Of a stretch of DNA of 40,552 bases, positions 19,161-28,808 are shown one piece after another. Source of the stretch: a bacterium (GTDB lineage Bacteria; Fidelibacterota; Marinisomatia; Marinisomatales; JAHJCW01). A program made the position numbers and the translations under genes. Location of the stretch: NCBI GenBank assembly GCA_030606865.1, contig JAUWFQ010000003.1, positions 1-40,552 of the forward strand, read 5' to 3'. Below the pieces are notes generated by a model. It saw only the letters and a program-made list of their open reading frames with translations. It searched no databases and was not told where the DNA came from. Positions within the stretch are counted from its first letter, which is position 1; the number at the start of each line of letters is the position of its first letter.

Positions 19161-21112
19161 TTGGCGGGACATAATACTAATTTTTGATATTGATTACTAT
19201 TTCGTATTGTTGTTTCATCAAATTCTATCTTGCGGAAACTATGTTTGTTAAACAACTCAGTTTGGTCAGAATAATGAACGCTTTTAGGTAAGCCTGATTG
19301 CCCTGTGGGTAAAATTGAGTAACTTGTATTCATATCAGAGGAATCAAATATTCTTCGCAAACTGGAACCGGAAATTTGCTCGTAAGAATTATTTAAATTA
19401 TATTCACTGACATTTAAATTGCTATTTGAGCCATAACCATCAAATGGACCGATGTTCAAATTAAATAGTTTGGCAATAACTGATCTTTCATGTAAAATAT
19501 GTTTATATGTTTTAGTATGAACTTTACCCCATTGCCAGGTTATAATATTTTCTCCGAAATCTTTCTCAATTTCACTTATAGCTTCATCAACCGATTGTAT
19601 AATTATTTCAATTAAATTTTCTTGATAACCTACAGTTTTAATATCATCAATCCAGCCGGATTCTGAATTATTCAGTATCATGTTTATACTTTGCTCAGCG
19701 AGAATTGGCAGACTGATAAATATATCAAATACATCTTCTCCAACGAGTGAAAACTCATCTATAAATATATTTTTAAATAATTTTGTATAAATGACATTTA
19801 TAAACAGCGCTTCTGCTGATGTTGCAGACTCATCACCATCCCAATCATATAATACACTCACAGATTTGTTTGCCGTGAGTTTATTATCTACATAAATCTT
19901 TGCAATCTTCCGTGCAATTTCGGTTTTTTCGGGATTTTTTGTTTCAGATAGTTTGTTTACGATATCATTGACATATATTATGTCTAAATCTGCTAAGCAA
20001 TTTTGTAATAATTTAAACCGTCGGGAAAGTTCTTTTTGATTGCTATAAAATCCCGATGTGTCTATATAACTAAGCGATATATCAAATATATTGTTTTGGT
20101 TAAAATTAAATTTACCATCAGCAATATCAAATAAAGTATTAATTGTCTCAACGCTTAATTGTCCGGTGAATGCCCATGTAGCATGATCGGTTCTTCCCAC
20201 TAAAGGTATAGGAAACCCTGGAATCAAAGCACCTTCTATGTTAAAATCACCCCCATTTAGATGCATTTCGTACCATTTGGCGGGCTGCTGTAAACCCCCA
20301 ATATCATCAAAGATTAGAATCGGTTTTTTGGAAGCGGTCTGTTCCTGTGGTATTATCATCACATCGCTCCTCAATAACGAACTGGTAGCGCTAATTAGTT
20401 CCCAAATTTGATTTTCTAAAACCAAATTCATTCCGTTAAGTGAATCGGTAAAAAAATCTTTTTCAGAGTTAATCCAATTAAAAGTATCAACAGTAAGTAA
20501 TTCTAAGAGCTTTGTTTCTCCAAAATATTGTCTTATTGTGTTTATAAACCATCCGATTTGTCTATTCTGTCGAAGGTCATCAGTCATCATAGTACCAACA
20601 TTAATAACATCTGAAGGTGTCCATTTAAGTGGTTTTGTATTCAATATTTTAAAAGAAAGCGGTAATGTTCCTTCTGTTTCATCAATCCAAGTATTAATAC
20701 CTGAACAATAGGAATTAATTAATATTTCATTCTCATAATTAATTGATGTTTGATTTTCACTGCTTACTGAAAAAAGGTTATTCTGTTTAATGTAATTGTC
20801 GAGTAAAACGTAATCATCACCAAGAAGTGTTGATATTTCACCACGAACCACAGCCGCCAATAGCGATAATTGAAACAATCGTTCCCGGGCAATAATATAT
20901 CCTGCCGTATAAAATAAATCTTCGTTATTTTTAGCAAAAACATGGGGAATGCCGTAAGGATCGGTAAATATATCCACCGTATCTTGTAATTCTGCCAGTG
21001 ATTGCGTACCATTGTATTCAGGAATATCATAATAGAAATATAATTTAAATGTCAGGACGGTTAGCAGAGGAAGAAAAACCGTAAATATTAGTATATATTT
21101 TAAATACTTCAT
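19157..21112 (-). CDS. penicillin acylase (Ntn-hydrolase S45) family homolog, degenerate and shortened
   Basis: DPYGIPHV...ERLFQL, KWYEMHL, WQWGKVH and PTGQSG..S.HYSDQ motifs; GSNNW and ANDPH motifs replaced. Confidence 0.82.
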   Translation of the reverse strand: MKYLKYILIFTVFLPLLTVLTFKLYFYYDIPEYNGTQSLAELQDTVDIFTDPYGIPHVFAKNNEDLFYTAGYIIARERLFQLSLLAAVVRGEISTLLGDDYVLLDNYIKQNNLFSVSSENQTSINYENEILINSYCSGINTWIDETEGTLPLSFKILNTKPLKWTPSDVINVGTMMTDDLRQNRQIGWFINTIRQYFGETKLLELLTVDTFNWINSEKDFFTDSLNGMNLVLENQIWELISATSSLLRSDVMIIPQEQTASKKPILIFDDIGGLQQPAKWYEMHLNGGDFNIEGALIPGFPIPLVGRTDHATWAFTGQLSVETINTLFDIADGKFNFNQNNIFDISLSYIDTSGFYSNQKELSRRFKLLQNCLADLDIIYVNDIVNKLSETKNPEKTEIARKIAKIYVDNKLTANKSVSVLYDWDGDESATSAEALFINVIYTKLFKNIFIDEFSLVGEDVFDIFISLPILAEQSINMILNNSESGWIDDIKTVGYQENLIEIIIQSVDEAISEIEKDFGENIITWQWGKVHTKTYKHILHERSVIAKLFNLNIGPFDGYGSNSNLNVSEYNLNNSYEQISGSSLRRIFDSSDMNTSYSILPTGQSGLPKSVHYSDQTELFNKHSFRKIEFDETTIRNSNQYQKLVLCPAK

Positions 21113-21322
21113 TATTTTAAACCGGTGAAATTACCAGTTCAACACTACCATAAACAATAATACTATAGCCTGAAATGAAAAAAAGGCTGATGGCGTTAGA
21201 CTAAGTAGATATTCTTGGTCTGCTTTTGACAATTCAATAATAATAAAATATTAAAAGATCCACTTTTTACTATACTATTTCATATAAAAACACTCTTTGT
21301 ATTGCATTACAACTATTCGTCA

Positions 21323-21377
21323 GAAAATAACGGGAATTAGCTTCCCCCGCTCGTAATAGCTAATCCCCGTTATTTTC
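21323..21377 (-). terminator. 20-bp hairpin, terminator-like on the minus strand
   Basis: GAAAATAACGGGAATTAGCT / AGCTAATCCCCGTTATTTTC; the single mismatch is a G-U pair only on the minus strand, whose 3' arm ends in UUAUUUU. Confidence 0.65.
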
Positions 21378-21448
21378 AGCACAAGACAACAAAAGTTGTT
21401 TCGATAATCAATGTTGTTTCAAATGCCTGTTATTAGTTTTTTCCTATA

Positions 21449-21757
21449 TTATTTTAAAAAATCGTCAATGCCGGGGTTTATGTCGCTATAGCGCGCCTCA
21501 CCAAGTTTTGGGATATGGTTCCCCCCTCCCAAAGGGGTTGTTGCACCCCCCGTAGAGTTTATGTCACAAGGCATGAAATACAAGCCTTTTACATCAAAAC
21601 CACCGGCATTGACTAGTTTATCATAGCTTTTGAAATCATTTTCATATTCATAGACATTCTGAATATTTCTTGAATCAATAAAACAATGAAGTTGTCTGAT
21701 CACATCTATCTGGGCCGTTTTACGTAATATTTTTAATGTCTTGTTCATTGTTTTCAT
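21449..21757 (-). other. doubtful 102-aa ORF inside a candidate sigma54 transcript (ncRNA or small protein)
   Basis: No Shine-Dalgarno and no recognisable motif; 3' half overlaps G-tract hairpins. Confidence 0.3.
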
Positions 21758-21789
21758 TATGTAGTAATACTTTGTTCTGTAATAAATGT

Positions 21790-21806
21790 ATCAAATACTG
21801 TGCCAA
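21790..21806 (-). promoter_or_regulatory. sigma54 (-24/-12) promoter candidate
   Basis: Minus strand TTGGCACAGTATTTGAT versus consensus TGGCAC-N5-TTGCW (one mismatch). Confidence 0.65.
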
Positions 21807-21858
21807 AATAGTAAGTATAATATAATTAACACCTTATGTGAGGCGTGATGTATGGTGT

Positions 21859-21929
21859 GTGTTCCATTTTGAAACACTGGTTGGTTCAATATGTTACAAA
21901 CACGGCAGGGTTTTGTAGCAAATTGAGCA
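21859..21929. promoter_or_regulatory. three related dyad sites, candidate enhancer-binding-protein UAS
   Basis: GTGTTCCATTTTGAAACAC (21859-21877), GGTTCAATATGTTACA (21883-21898) and TGTAGCAAATTGAGCA (21914-21929); sites 2 and 3 are near-inverted copies. Confidence 0.55.
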
Positions 21930-22103
21930 CGTTAAAAAAATGCCTAACGCTGAAACGGAATTAGATGAAAAAACAAATATTCTTAACAAAATAGAAGAGC
22001 TTTGTCAGTTGTTATAAAGTCTACTATTCCCATAAATATATAAACAGTTTCAATTAATTATTCTTTTTATTAACATCATACTAAATAATTATGACAAAAA
22101 TAT

Positions 22104-22922
22104 ATGCCTGAATTGCCTGAAGTAGAAACTGTTGTGCGGTATGTCCGTCCCAAGATTGTTGGAAAAACAATACAAAAGGTTGTTCCACAAAATAACTATG
22201 ATAAAGTTTTTGCAACCCACACAGTACGGCAATTCAATAAATTATTAACAGGACAGGTTATTAAGAATGTAGTGCGCAGGGGTAAATTTATTGTCTTTAA
22301 TCTTGACCGGGGACATCTCTTAATTCATTTGCGAATGACGGGACGATTATTATTGAAATTGTCTGAGGATGATAAACCTAAGCACCTTACCGCTATTATT
22401 TATTTTAAAGATAAATCATTTTTATATTTTAAGGATTATAGAAAATTCGGAAGGCTTTATTATTATGATTCTTTGGATTACATTAATAATAAATTGGGTA
22501 TTGAACCATTATCAAAAAGTTTTACCGGAGATTGGTTATTTAAAAACTTGCAAAATTACAAACGACAGTTAAAACCACTCTTACTAGACCAGAGCTTCAT
22601 TGCCGGGCTTGGGAATATTTATGTTGATGAGGCGCTTTGGTCTGCAAAACTACACCCGCAGCAAATTGGCTTATCGGTTAGCAGGAAAAAAGCCGATATT
22701 CTACACAGTGCAATTCAAAGACTCTTACAAACCGCTATTGATAATCAGGGAACTACTATTATTAATTTTTATTTTGGCAAAGGAAAATCCGGAAATTTTC
22801 GTGATCAGCTAAAAATATTTGGAAGGCAAGACAAAGACTGCCCTCGCTGTGGTACTAAAATAGAAAAGATCCGCGTTGCACAACGTGGCACACATATTTG
22901 TCCGCACTGTCAGCGAATCTAG
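22104..22922 (+). CDS. mutM: formamidopyrimidine-DNA glycosylase
   Basis: MPELPEVE, HLRMTG and GLGNIY motifs; C-terminal CPRC...CPHCQ zinc finger. Confidence 0.97.
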   Translation: MPELPEVETVVRYVRPKIVGKTIQKVVPQNNYDKVFATHTVRQFNKLLTGQVIKNVVRRGKFIVFNLDRGHLLIHLRMTGRLLLKLSEDDKPKHLTAIIYFKDKSFLYFKDYRKFGRLYYYDSLDYINNKLGIEPLSKSFTGDWLFKNLQNYKRQLKPLLLDQSFIAGLGNIYVDEALWSAKLHPQQIGLSVSRKKADILHSAIQRLLQTAIDNQGTTIINFYFGKGKSGNFRDQLKIFGRQDKDCPRCGTKIEKIRVAQRGTHICPHCQRI

Positions 22923-23369
22923 TTATTTGATAACCCGATACTGAAACTGGTAAATGCCTTCAGTTTCATTAACTGGAACCATTCGTACAAAATGTAGTGA
23001 TAATTCCAGATCAAGTTTAGGGAAAAGTGGAATTCCCTTTCCAAAAATAATAGGGTGGGGAGTAAGATATAGATGTGTTAAGAAGGGTGCAAATTTTGTG
23101 TAAGTTCTTCCACCACCGATCACAAAACATTTTTTCGCATTTAATTCTTCCAATATTTTCTTTGCATTATCATTCCGATGAACGACTATTTTCTCGCGAT
23201 CTTTAAGTTCTACTGCGAGAGTCTTTTCTGTATTAGAACCCATTATCACTGGATATCCCATGGTCTGTTCTTTAAAAAGGGAAAGGTCTTTTGACCAAGA
23301 GATTACTTCTTCGCTATTTCTAGCAATAAAACCATCTACAGTAACAGCAGCAATTAGTATTACATCCAC
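22923..23369 (-). CDS. dihydrofolate reductase family protein
   Basis: IAAVTVDGFIA, VIMGSNT, VIGGG and GKGIPLF motifs. Confidence 0.8.
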   Translation of the reverse strand: MDVILIAAVTVDGFIARNSEEVISWSKDLSLFKEQTMGYPVIMGSNTEKTLAVELKDREKIVVHRNDNAKKILEELNAKKCFVIGGGRTYTKFAPFLTHLYLTPHPIIFGKGIPLFPKLDLELSLHFVRMVPVNETEGIYQFQYRVIK

Positions 23370-23375
23370 GTTTTT

Positions 23376-26189
23376 TTAATTTTCGAGAGGTTTTCCGTCT
23401 TTATCAAGTGAGCCCGCTGCAACAAAAAACATCTTGTCCTTATCAATATATTTCTTAATTGTATTATTGATTTGGTCCGCTGTTAATGCATTAATCAATT
23501 CAGGATATTTATCCAAATAGCTATTTGGTCTACCACGATCAGCGTTGGTTAAAATTTGTCCGGCTAAACCACGTGTAGTTGCCAAGCCTACTTTATACGA
23601 ACCCGTGATTGTAGATTTTTTAGCATTTAACTCAGCTTGAGTAACTCCATTTTCAAGCCACTCTTGTAATTGTTCAATAGCTGCGTCATGTCCTTTATCA
23701 ACAAGCTGTGGTGCGAATGTTCCCCAAATCGCCCAATATCCATCATTCCCATTATCTACGCCACCAACCCACGATTGAATCCCATAAGTTAACCCCTGTT
23801 CGTCTCTTACGGTTTGCATTAAGCGTGCCGAAAAATTTCCACCTAAAATATATGTACCAACCATGAGTGGATAATAATCTTCGTTGTCGCGGTCTATTCC
23901 TATTGGTAAACCGATATAAATATCCGCACTTGTTTTTTCTTTTATAGTAACATATTCTTTACCCGCTTTAACTTGATTGGCTATTAAAGTTGGCTCTTTT
24001 TTGTCCAGCGGAGATGTTTTCCAGCCTTTAAATACTTTAGCAATCTCTTTGCTAAATGCCTCGCTGTTAACATCGCCCACGGCGACAACTGTCATGTTTC
24101 CCAAACCATAATATGTTTTATGATAATATTTTAAACTAGCCGGCATAATATCATTAATCATTTTAATCCGGTTATCAATTTTATAAGTATAGTTTGGGTG
24201 GTTTTTGGGATAAAGCTTACGCAAAAATGCTCCACCCGCTTGACTTTGGGTATTTTCTTTGTCTCTTTTTAAATTACCAATCAAACGTGTTTTAAGTGTT
24301 TTTAAATCATCTTTGTTAAATGCCGGTTCTCTTAGTTGTTCCGCAAGCAAACTAAGCACTAAAGGAATATCCTTTTTCAAACATTTGGCGCTAAACCTAA
24401 CATAATACTGTCCGCTTGAAAAACCGATACTAGCGCCAACAGTCTCAAGTTTATCTGCAATCTCAAATTTAGATTTATTTTTTGTTCCCTTGTCGAGCAT
24501 TGCGGCGGTTAAATCCGCTATCATCATATTGGCTTGCGGGCTGTATTGATCACCGCCTAAGAAACTGCCGGTTATTGTTACTACATCCTTTACTCCGGTT
24601 TTCATCGTTAACAAACGGATTCCATCAATTGGAGTTTGTTCTATAATTTTATCGGCTATTTTAGCCTCGGAAACTACATTGCTATCCGATTTTCCCTCAG
24701 GACAAGATGTATAATTATATGGGTGATGTGCTTTTGGATTGCTCGGCTCTCCACCGCCACCACCGCCGCCCGCTATCTCCGGTATAAAATAGCCTGTAGT
24801 ACTTTTATCTTCTATCAAATATGTTTCAACAATACGCTTAATGTCTGCTTTAGTAACTTTATTGATGTCTTCTAAATAATTAGTGTAATATGTCCAGTCG
24901 CCTGTGGCGATTGCTTCATTTAAATTAGACGCAATTGAATAGGAACCGTCACGGCTATAGGCTTGTTCGGCAAGGATTTGTCCTTTTACTCTGGCAATTT
25001 CTTCATTAGTAACACCTTTCTTCTTTAGCAACTCATATTCATCTAATATGATTTTTTCAACTTCTTCATGTTTAGTGTCCGGCGTTAAAAACGCATAAGT
25101 TATAAACAAACCGTTGTCTCTAAATGGAAAATCCCACATACTAACTCTTGTAGCCAAACCTTTGTCCACAATTTTTTTATATAATCTGCCTGATTTTCCG
25201 CCACCTAAGATTCTTGATAATATTTGAAAAGTATAATTGTCTTTATGTAATCCTTCCGGTGTTTTGTGTGCAATTCCAACAATTCCCATTTGTCCCGACC
25301 GTTTAATTACAAAACGTCTGGCGCCTTTCTGTTCCGGTTCGGTGGTGTACATTTCCGGGATTTCATGTGGAGATTTTGTGATTGTACCATAATTATCTAA
25401 GATCATTTGTAATGCCTTGTCTTTATTGAAATCGCCGATAATTGTTACCGTTGCATTATTAGGCCAATAATATGTTTCGTAAAACTCACGCAAGCGTTCT
25501 GTTGACACTCCTTCGATATCCGAACGCCATCCAATTGTTGAATGATGATAAGGATGTGCCTGATAAGCTGTCGCCCACATATTTTTGTCTAATGTATTAA
25601 AGGGGTCGTTTTCACCGCGTTCAAATTCATTTATAACAACTGTCATTTCCGGTTGGCGGTCTTTATCTCGCAAGAGCAAGTTTCGCATACGGTCAGCTTC
25701 GATCGCAACAGCGCGACCTAAATGTTCACTTGGCAGAAGTTCAAAATAATTGGTTCTGTCCATCCAGGTTGTAGCGTTGATTTGCGCTCCAATATCTTGC
25801 AGTACTGTCCAAATCGGATTTCCGGTTTCTTTATTAAAATTCTTTGATCCTTTGAACATCATGTGTTCTAATAGATGCGTAGATCCCGTGTGTCCGATCG
25901 CTTCATTACGAGACCCAACATGATAGGTTACCATAAAGGTAGCTACGGGAGCGGAGTGGTCTTCCATTAACAAAACTGCTAAATTATTTAGTGTACAACG
26001 ATATTCATCTATACCACCTGATGATTTAACAAACTCAAACGCTGTTTTAATAGTTGGTGTTTCTATTGATTCTTCTTTTTTCATTTTTTCGGTTACCTTT
26101 GTTTCTGTCATCTTATTTCCCATATTTTCGGCGCAGGATGCTATTAAAAGCAATCCTGCAATATTTAATAGAATTCTTTTTAGTTTCAT
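23376..26189 (-). CDS. M16 (pitrilysin-family) zinc peptidase, full-length fused form, lipoprotein
   Basis: Lipobox LIASC; HLLEH inverted zinc motif; NATT..DRTNY; second half has RDEQGLTYG; Gly-rich linker. Confidence 0.92.
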   Translation of the reverse strand: MKLKRILLNIAGLLLIASCAENMGNKMTETKVTEKMKKEESIETPTIKTAFEFVKSSGGIDEYRCTLNNLAVLLMEDHSAPVATFMVTYHVGSRNEAIGHTGSTHLLEHMMFKGSKNFNKETGNPIWTVLQDIGAQINATTWMDRTNYFELLPSEHLGRAVAIEADRMRNLLLRDKDRQPEMTVVINEFERGENDPFNTLDKNMWATAYQAHPYHHSTIGWRSDIEGVSTERLREFYETYYWPNNATVTIIGDFNKDKALQMILDNYGTITKSPHEIPEMYTTEPEQKGARRFVIKRSGQMGIVGIAHKTPEGLHKDNYTFQILSRILGGGKSGRLYKKIVDKGLATRVSMWDFPFRDNGLFITYAFLTPDTKHEEVEKIILDEYELLKKKGVTNEEIARVKGQILAEQAYSRDGSYSIASNLNEAIATGDWTYYTNYLEDINKVTKADIKRIVETYLIEDKSTTGYFIPEIAGGGGGGGEPSNPKAHHPYNYTSCPEGKSDSNVVSEAKIADKIIEQTPIDGIRLLTMKTGVKDVVTITGSFLGGDQYSPQANMMIADLTAAMLDKGTKNKSKFEIADKLETVGASIGFSSGQYYVRFSAKCLKKDIPLVLSLLAEQLREPAFNKDDLKTLKTRLIGNLKRDKENTQSQAGGAFLRKLYPKNHPNYTYKIDNRIKMINDIMPASLKYYHKTYYGLGNMTVVAVGDVNSEAFSKEIAKVFKGWKTSPLDKKEPTLIANQVKAGKEYVTIKEKTSADIYIGLPIGIDRDNEDYYPLMVGTYILGGNFSARLMQTVRDEQGLTYGIQSWVGGVDNGNDGYWAIWGTFAPQLVDKGHDAAIEQLQEWLENGVTQAELNAKKSTITGSYKVGLATTRGLAGQILTNADRGRPNSYLDKYPELINALTADQINNTIKKYIDKDKMFFVAAGSLDKDGKPLEN

Positions 26190-26360
26190 TATAATACCTC
26201 ATATTGTATTTTGTATAAGGACAAGAAGATACAAGTTTAACTATAAATTATGTAAAAGTTTTTATTACTTACACGCTTGTATGTATCTTGTTTCAATATT
26301 TCTTTAATTTAGAATAAATTACTATTTATTTCCATGCTAACTGTTTTATCTTTCACAACG

Positions 26361-27008
26361 ATGAAACTTATATTATTTCTTTTATCACTATTGATAATCG
26401 GCTGTTCCTTCCAATCTGATTCAAATAATTTTACTAAGGAAGAAATTGAATATTTCACAGAAATTGTTCTTGGTGCTGAATTCGGAGATGAAATACCGGT
26501 AATTAAAAAATGGAATGATAATATTCGGATTAAAATCAATGGTGAGCCGACGGTCGCTGATCTGCAAACTATTACTAATATTATTGATGAGTTTAATGAA
26601 TTGATATCCGGAATAAAAATTAAACTTGTTGAAAAAAAAGAAAACCTAACTATTACTTTTTCACCTGAATCTGATTTTGCAGAAATTGATCCTAATTACA
26701 TGCCGACAAATTTTGGTTTCTTCTGGGCGTTGTGGCATGATGATAATTTTGTTATTTATGACGCAAGCATTCTTGTTTCATCTGCAGAAGTTACACAAAA
26801 GGAACGCTCTCATTTAATTCGCGAAGAATTAACCCAAAGCCTTGGTTTAATGAACGACTCCAACAAATATAATGACAGTATATTTTATCAGGAATGGACG
26901 GATGTCACCAAATTCTCAGAAATAGATAAAGCAATAATAGAACTGCTCTATCTAAAAAAGATCAAGCCGGGCATGTCCAAAGAACAAATCCTTAGCGTTT
27001 TAAATTAA
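26361..27008 (+). CDS. DUF2927-family lipoprotein
   Basis: MKLILFLLSLLIIGC lipobox; HLIREELTQSLGLMND...SIFYQ motif (track start 26334). Confidence 0.75.
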   Translation: MKLILFLLSLLIIGCSFQSDSNNFTKEEIEYFTEIVLGAEFGDEIPVIKKWNDNIRIKINGEPTVADLQTITNIIDEFNELISGIKIKLVEKKENLTITFSPESDFAEIDPNYMPTNFGFFWALWHDDNFVIYDASILVSSAEVTQKERSHLIREELTQSLGLMNDSNKYNDSIFYQEWTDVTKFSEIDKAIIELLYLKKIKPGMSKEQILSVLN

Positions 27009-27277
27009 TTTCTGATAAAAACAACTTTCACGCTGTGGCGCGGTCTGTGGTGCTTGTGTTTATACCAACGTTTTAAATCATTTCTTTCGGCTTTTGTGAG
27101 CGGTCCAATATGATGAACCTTGACGGTGACCACCTTATGATGCGTTACCGGAACCACGCGCACTATGCGATGTTTATAGTTGTTTACGAATATTGTCTCG
27201 CTTGGCGGTGCTGTTACACAACCGATCATTGAAAACATAACAATTGTAACCGCCAATATCGTGATATTCTTTTTCAT
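27005..27277 (-). CDS. small basic His-rich lipoprotein, function unknown
   Basis: SD GGGAGAG; signal MKKNITILAVTIVMFSMIGC; His/Lys/Arg-rich mature part. Confidence 0.7.
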   Translation of the reverse strand: MKKNITILAVTIVMFSMIGCVTAPPSETIFVNNYKHRIVRVVPVTHHKVVTVKVHHIGPLTKAERNDLKRWYKHKHHRPRHSVKVVFIRN

Positions 27278-27298
27278 GGATTCTCTCCCTTTTTTTAC

Positions 27299-27326
27299 TT
27301 AGACCCGCAACTCTAATAAAGGTTAA
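27299..27326 (-). promoter_or_regulatory. ECF sigma-type promoter candidate for the small lipoprotein
   Basis: Minus strand TTAACC-N15-GGTCTAA resembles the ECF AAC/GTC architecture. Confidence 0.45.
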
Positions 27327-27340
27327 ATTTAATAATAAAA

Positions 27341-28105
27341 ATGGGTAATAATATGAAAGATCAAGTTGTATTAATTACCGGAGCTTCGGGTGGAATTGGT
27401 TCCGTAACGGCGGCTCAGTTCGCCGATGCCGATGCTAAAGTAATTGTACATTATAATAGTCAGCAGGAAAAGGCTGAAATTGTCTGTAACAAACTTAAGG
27501 GTAAAGGACATATAACCATTAGTGGTGATTTAACAAATCCAAAAGATATTGATAAAATTGTAGAACAGGCACTTTCTGCCTTTGGCAGAATTGATGTTTT
27601 AGTCAATAATGCGGGGGTTTATTTTGAACACCCGATTGATAAAATTGATTTCACTGAGTGGCAAAAAGCGTGGAATAGCACTATTAATACAAACCTGATT
27701 GGTCCGGCTAATCTTACCTTTCGTGTCGCAAAAGAAATGATTAAACAGGGTAGCGGGAAAATAATTAATATTTCTTCTCGCGGTGCCTTCCGCGGTGAAC
27801 CGACTGCTCCGGCGTACGGCGCAAGCAAGGCTGGTTTGAATGCTATGGGTCAATCACTTGCTGTTGCACTGGCGCCCCACAATATCTTTGTATATACAAT
27901 TGCTCCGGGATTTGTTGAAACTGCAATGGCGCGTCCGCACCTAACAGGCGATAGGAAAAAAGCAATATTAAATCAAAGTCCGATTGGGCGTGTAGCCAAA
28001 CCGGAAGAAATTGCTAAAACTGTTGTTTTCTTGGCATCCGAAGGTACTGATTTCCTAACCGGCTGCATCATTGATGTGAATGGTGCTTCGTATTTGCGAT
28101 CATGA
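27341..28105 (+). CDS. short-chain dehydrogenase/reductase (FabG-like)
   Basis: TGASGGIG, NNAG, YGASK and PGFVET motifs. Confidence 0.92.
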   Translation: MGNNMKDQVVLITGASGGIGSVTAAQFADADAKVIVHYNSQQEKAEIVCNKLKGKGHITISGDLTNPKDIDKIVEQALSAFGRIDVLVNNAGVYFEHPIDKIDFTEWQKAWNSTINTNLIGPANLTFRVAKEMIKQGSGKIINISSRGAFRGEPTAPAYGASKAGLNAMGQSLAVALAPHNIFVYTIAPGFVETAMARPHLTGDRKKAILNQSPIGRVAKPEEIAKTVVFLASEGTDFLTGCIIDVNGASYLRS

Positions 28106-28115
28106 TTGTTTAAAC

Positions 28116-28745
28116 ATGAAAAGTAAATCTATACCAAATTGGCTGGAGTGGGTACGAGAAATTCAACAATTATGTCAAACAGGTCTGGCGTTTAGTGAAT
28201 CAGGATATGAAACTCAGCGCTATAAAAGATTGTCAGAAATAGCTGCGGAAATCACAGCAATGCATTCTAATATTAATACGGAAAGCTTAGTAGAAAACTT
28301 CTTAGCTCATCCCGGTTACGCTACACCTAAAGTAGATATCCGCGCTGCTATTATTGAAAATAACAAAATCTTACTTGTACAAGAAAAGATGGATAACAAA
28401 TGGGCTCTGCCCGGCGGTTGGGCAGATGTTGGAGAATCACCAGCCACTGCAATAATTCGCGAAACTAAAGAGGAGTCCGGTTTAGAAATAATTCCAAATA
28501 AAATAATTGGTGTATATGATGCAAATCGATCGGGTCGCCCATTAGAACTTTTCCATGCCTACAAACTCGTGTTTCTTTGCGGAAAGGTCGGTGGAAGTCT
28601 TAAAACCAGTACCGAAACAATAGCTGTTGATTTCTTTGACTTTGACACTTTACCCCCACTGTCCACCTCACGAACAGATGAAAAACATATAAATGATATA
28701 TTGGCACATATAAACAATCCTTCTCTGCCTACAATATTTGAATAA
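28116..28745 (+). CDS. NUDIX hydrolase with N-terminal extension (ADP-ribose pyrophosphatase-like)
   Basis: GYATPKVD and Nudix box GGWADVGESPATAIIRETKEESG (track start 28080). Confidence 0.9.
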   Translation: MKSKSIPNWLEWVREIQQLCQTGLAFSESGYETQRYKRLSEIAAEITAMHSNINTESLVENFLAHPGYATPKVDIRAAIIENNKILLVQEKMDNKWALPGGWADVGESPATAIIRETKEESGLEIIPNKIIGVYDANRSGRPLELFHAYKLVFLCGKVGGSLKTSTETIAVDFFDFDTLPPLSTSRTDEKHINDILAHINNPSLPTIFE

Positions 28746-28746
28746 A

Positions 28747-28798
28747 GTAGAAACGTTGCATGTTAAAAATCCCGACTCTGTTGGGGCAATGTCTCTAC
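28747..28798. repeat. GTAG-type REP-like palindrome interrupted by a second palindrome
   Basis: GTAGAAACGTTGCATG[TTAAAAATCCCGACTCTGTTGGGG]CAATGTCTCTAC between convergent genes. Confidence 0.65.
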
Positions 28799-28808
28799 AA
28801 AAATACAT

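Noticed and set aside
24750-24772. CCN repeat in the M16 peptidase gene
   Set aside because: Encodes a poly-Gly interdomain linker with mixed codons; not a contingency repeat
18360-27008. TTAA shared by convergent stops (18360-18363, 27005-27008) and abutting mutM/DHFR stops as insertion scars
   Set aside because: Ordinary compact convergent gene packing
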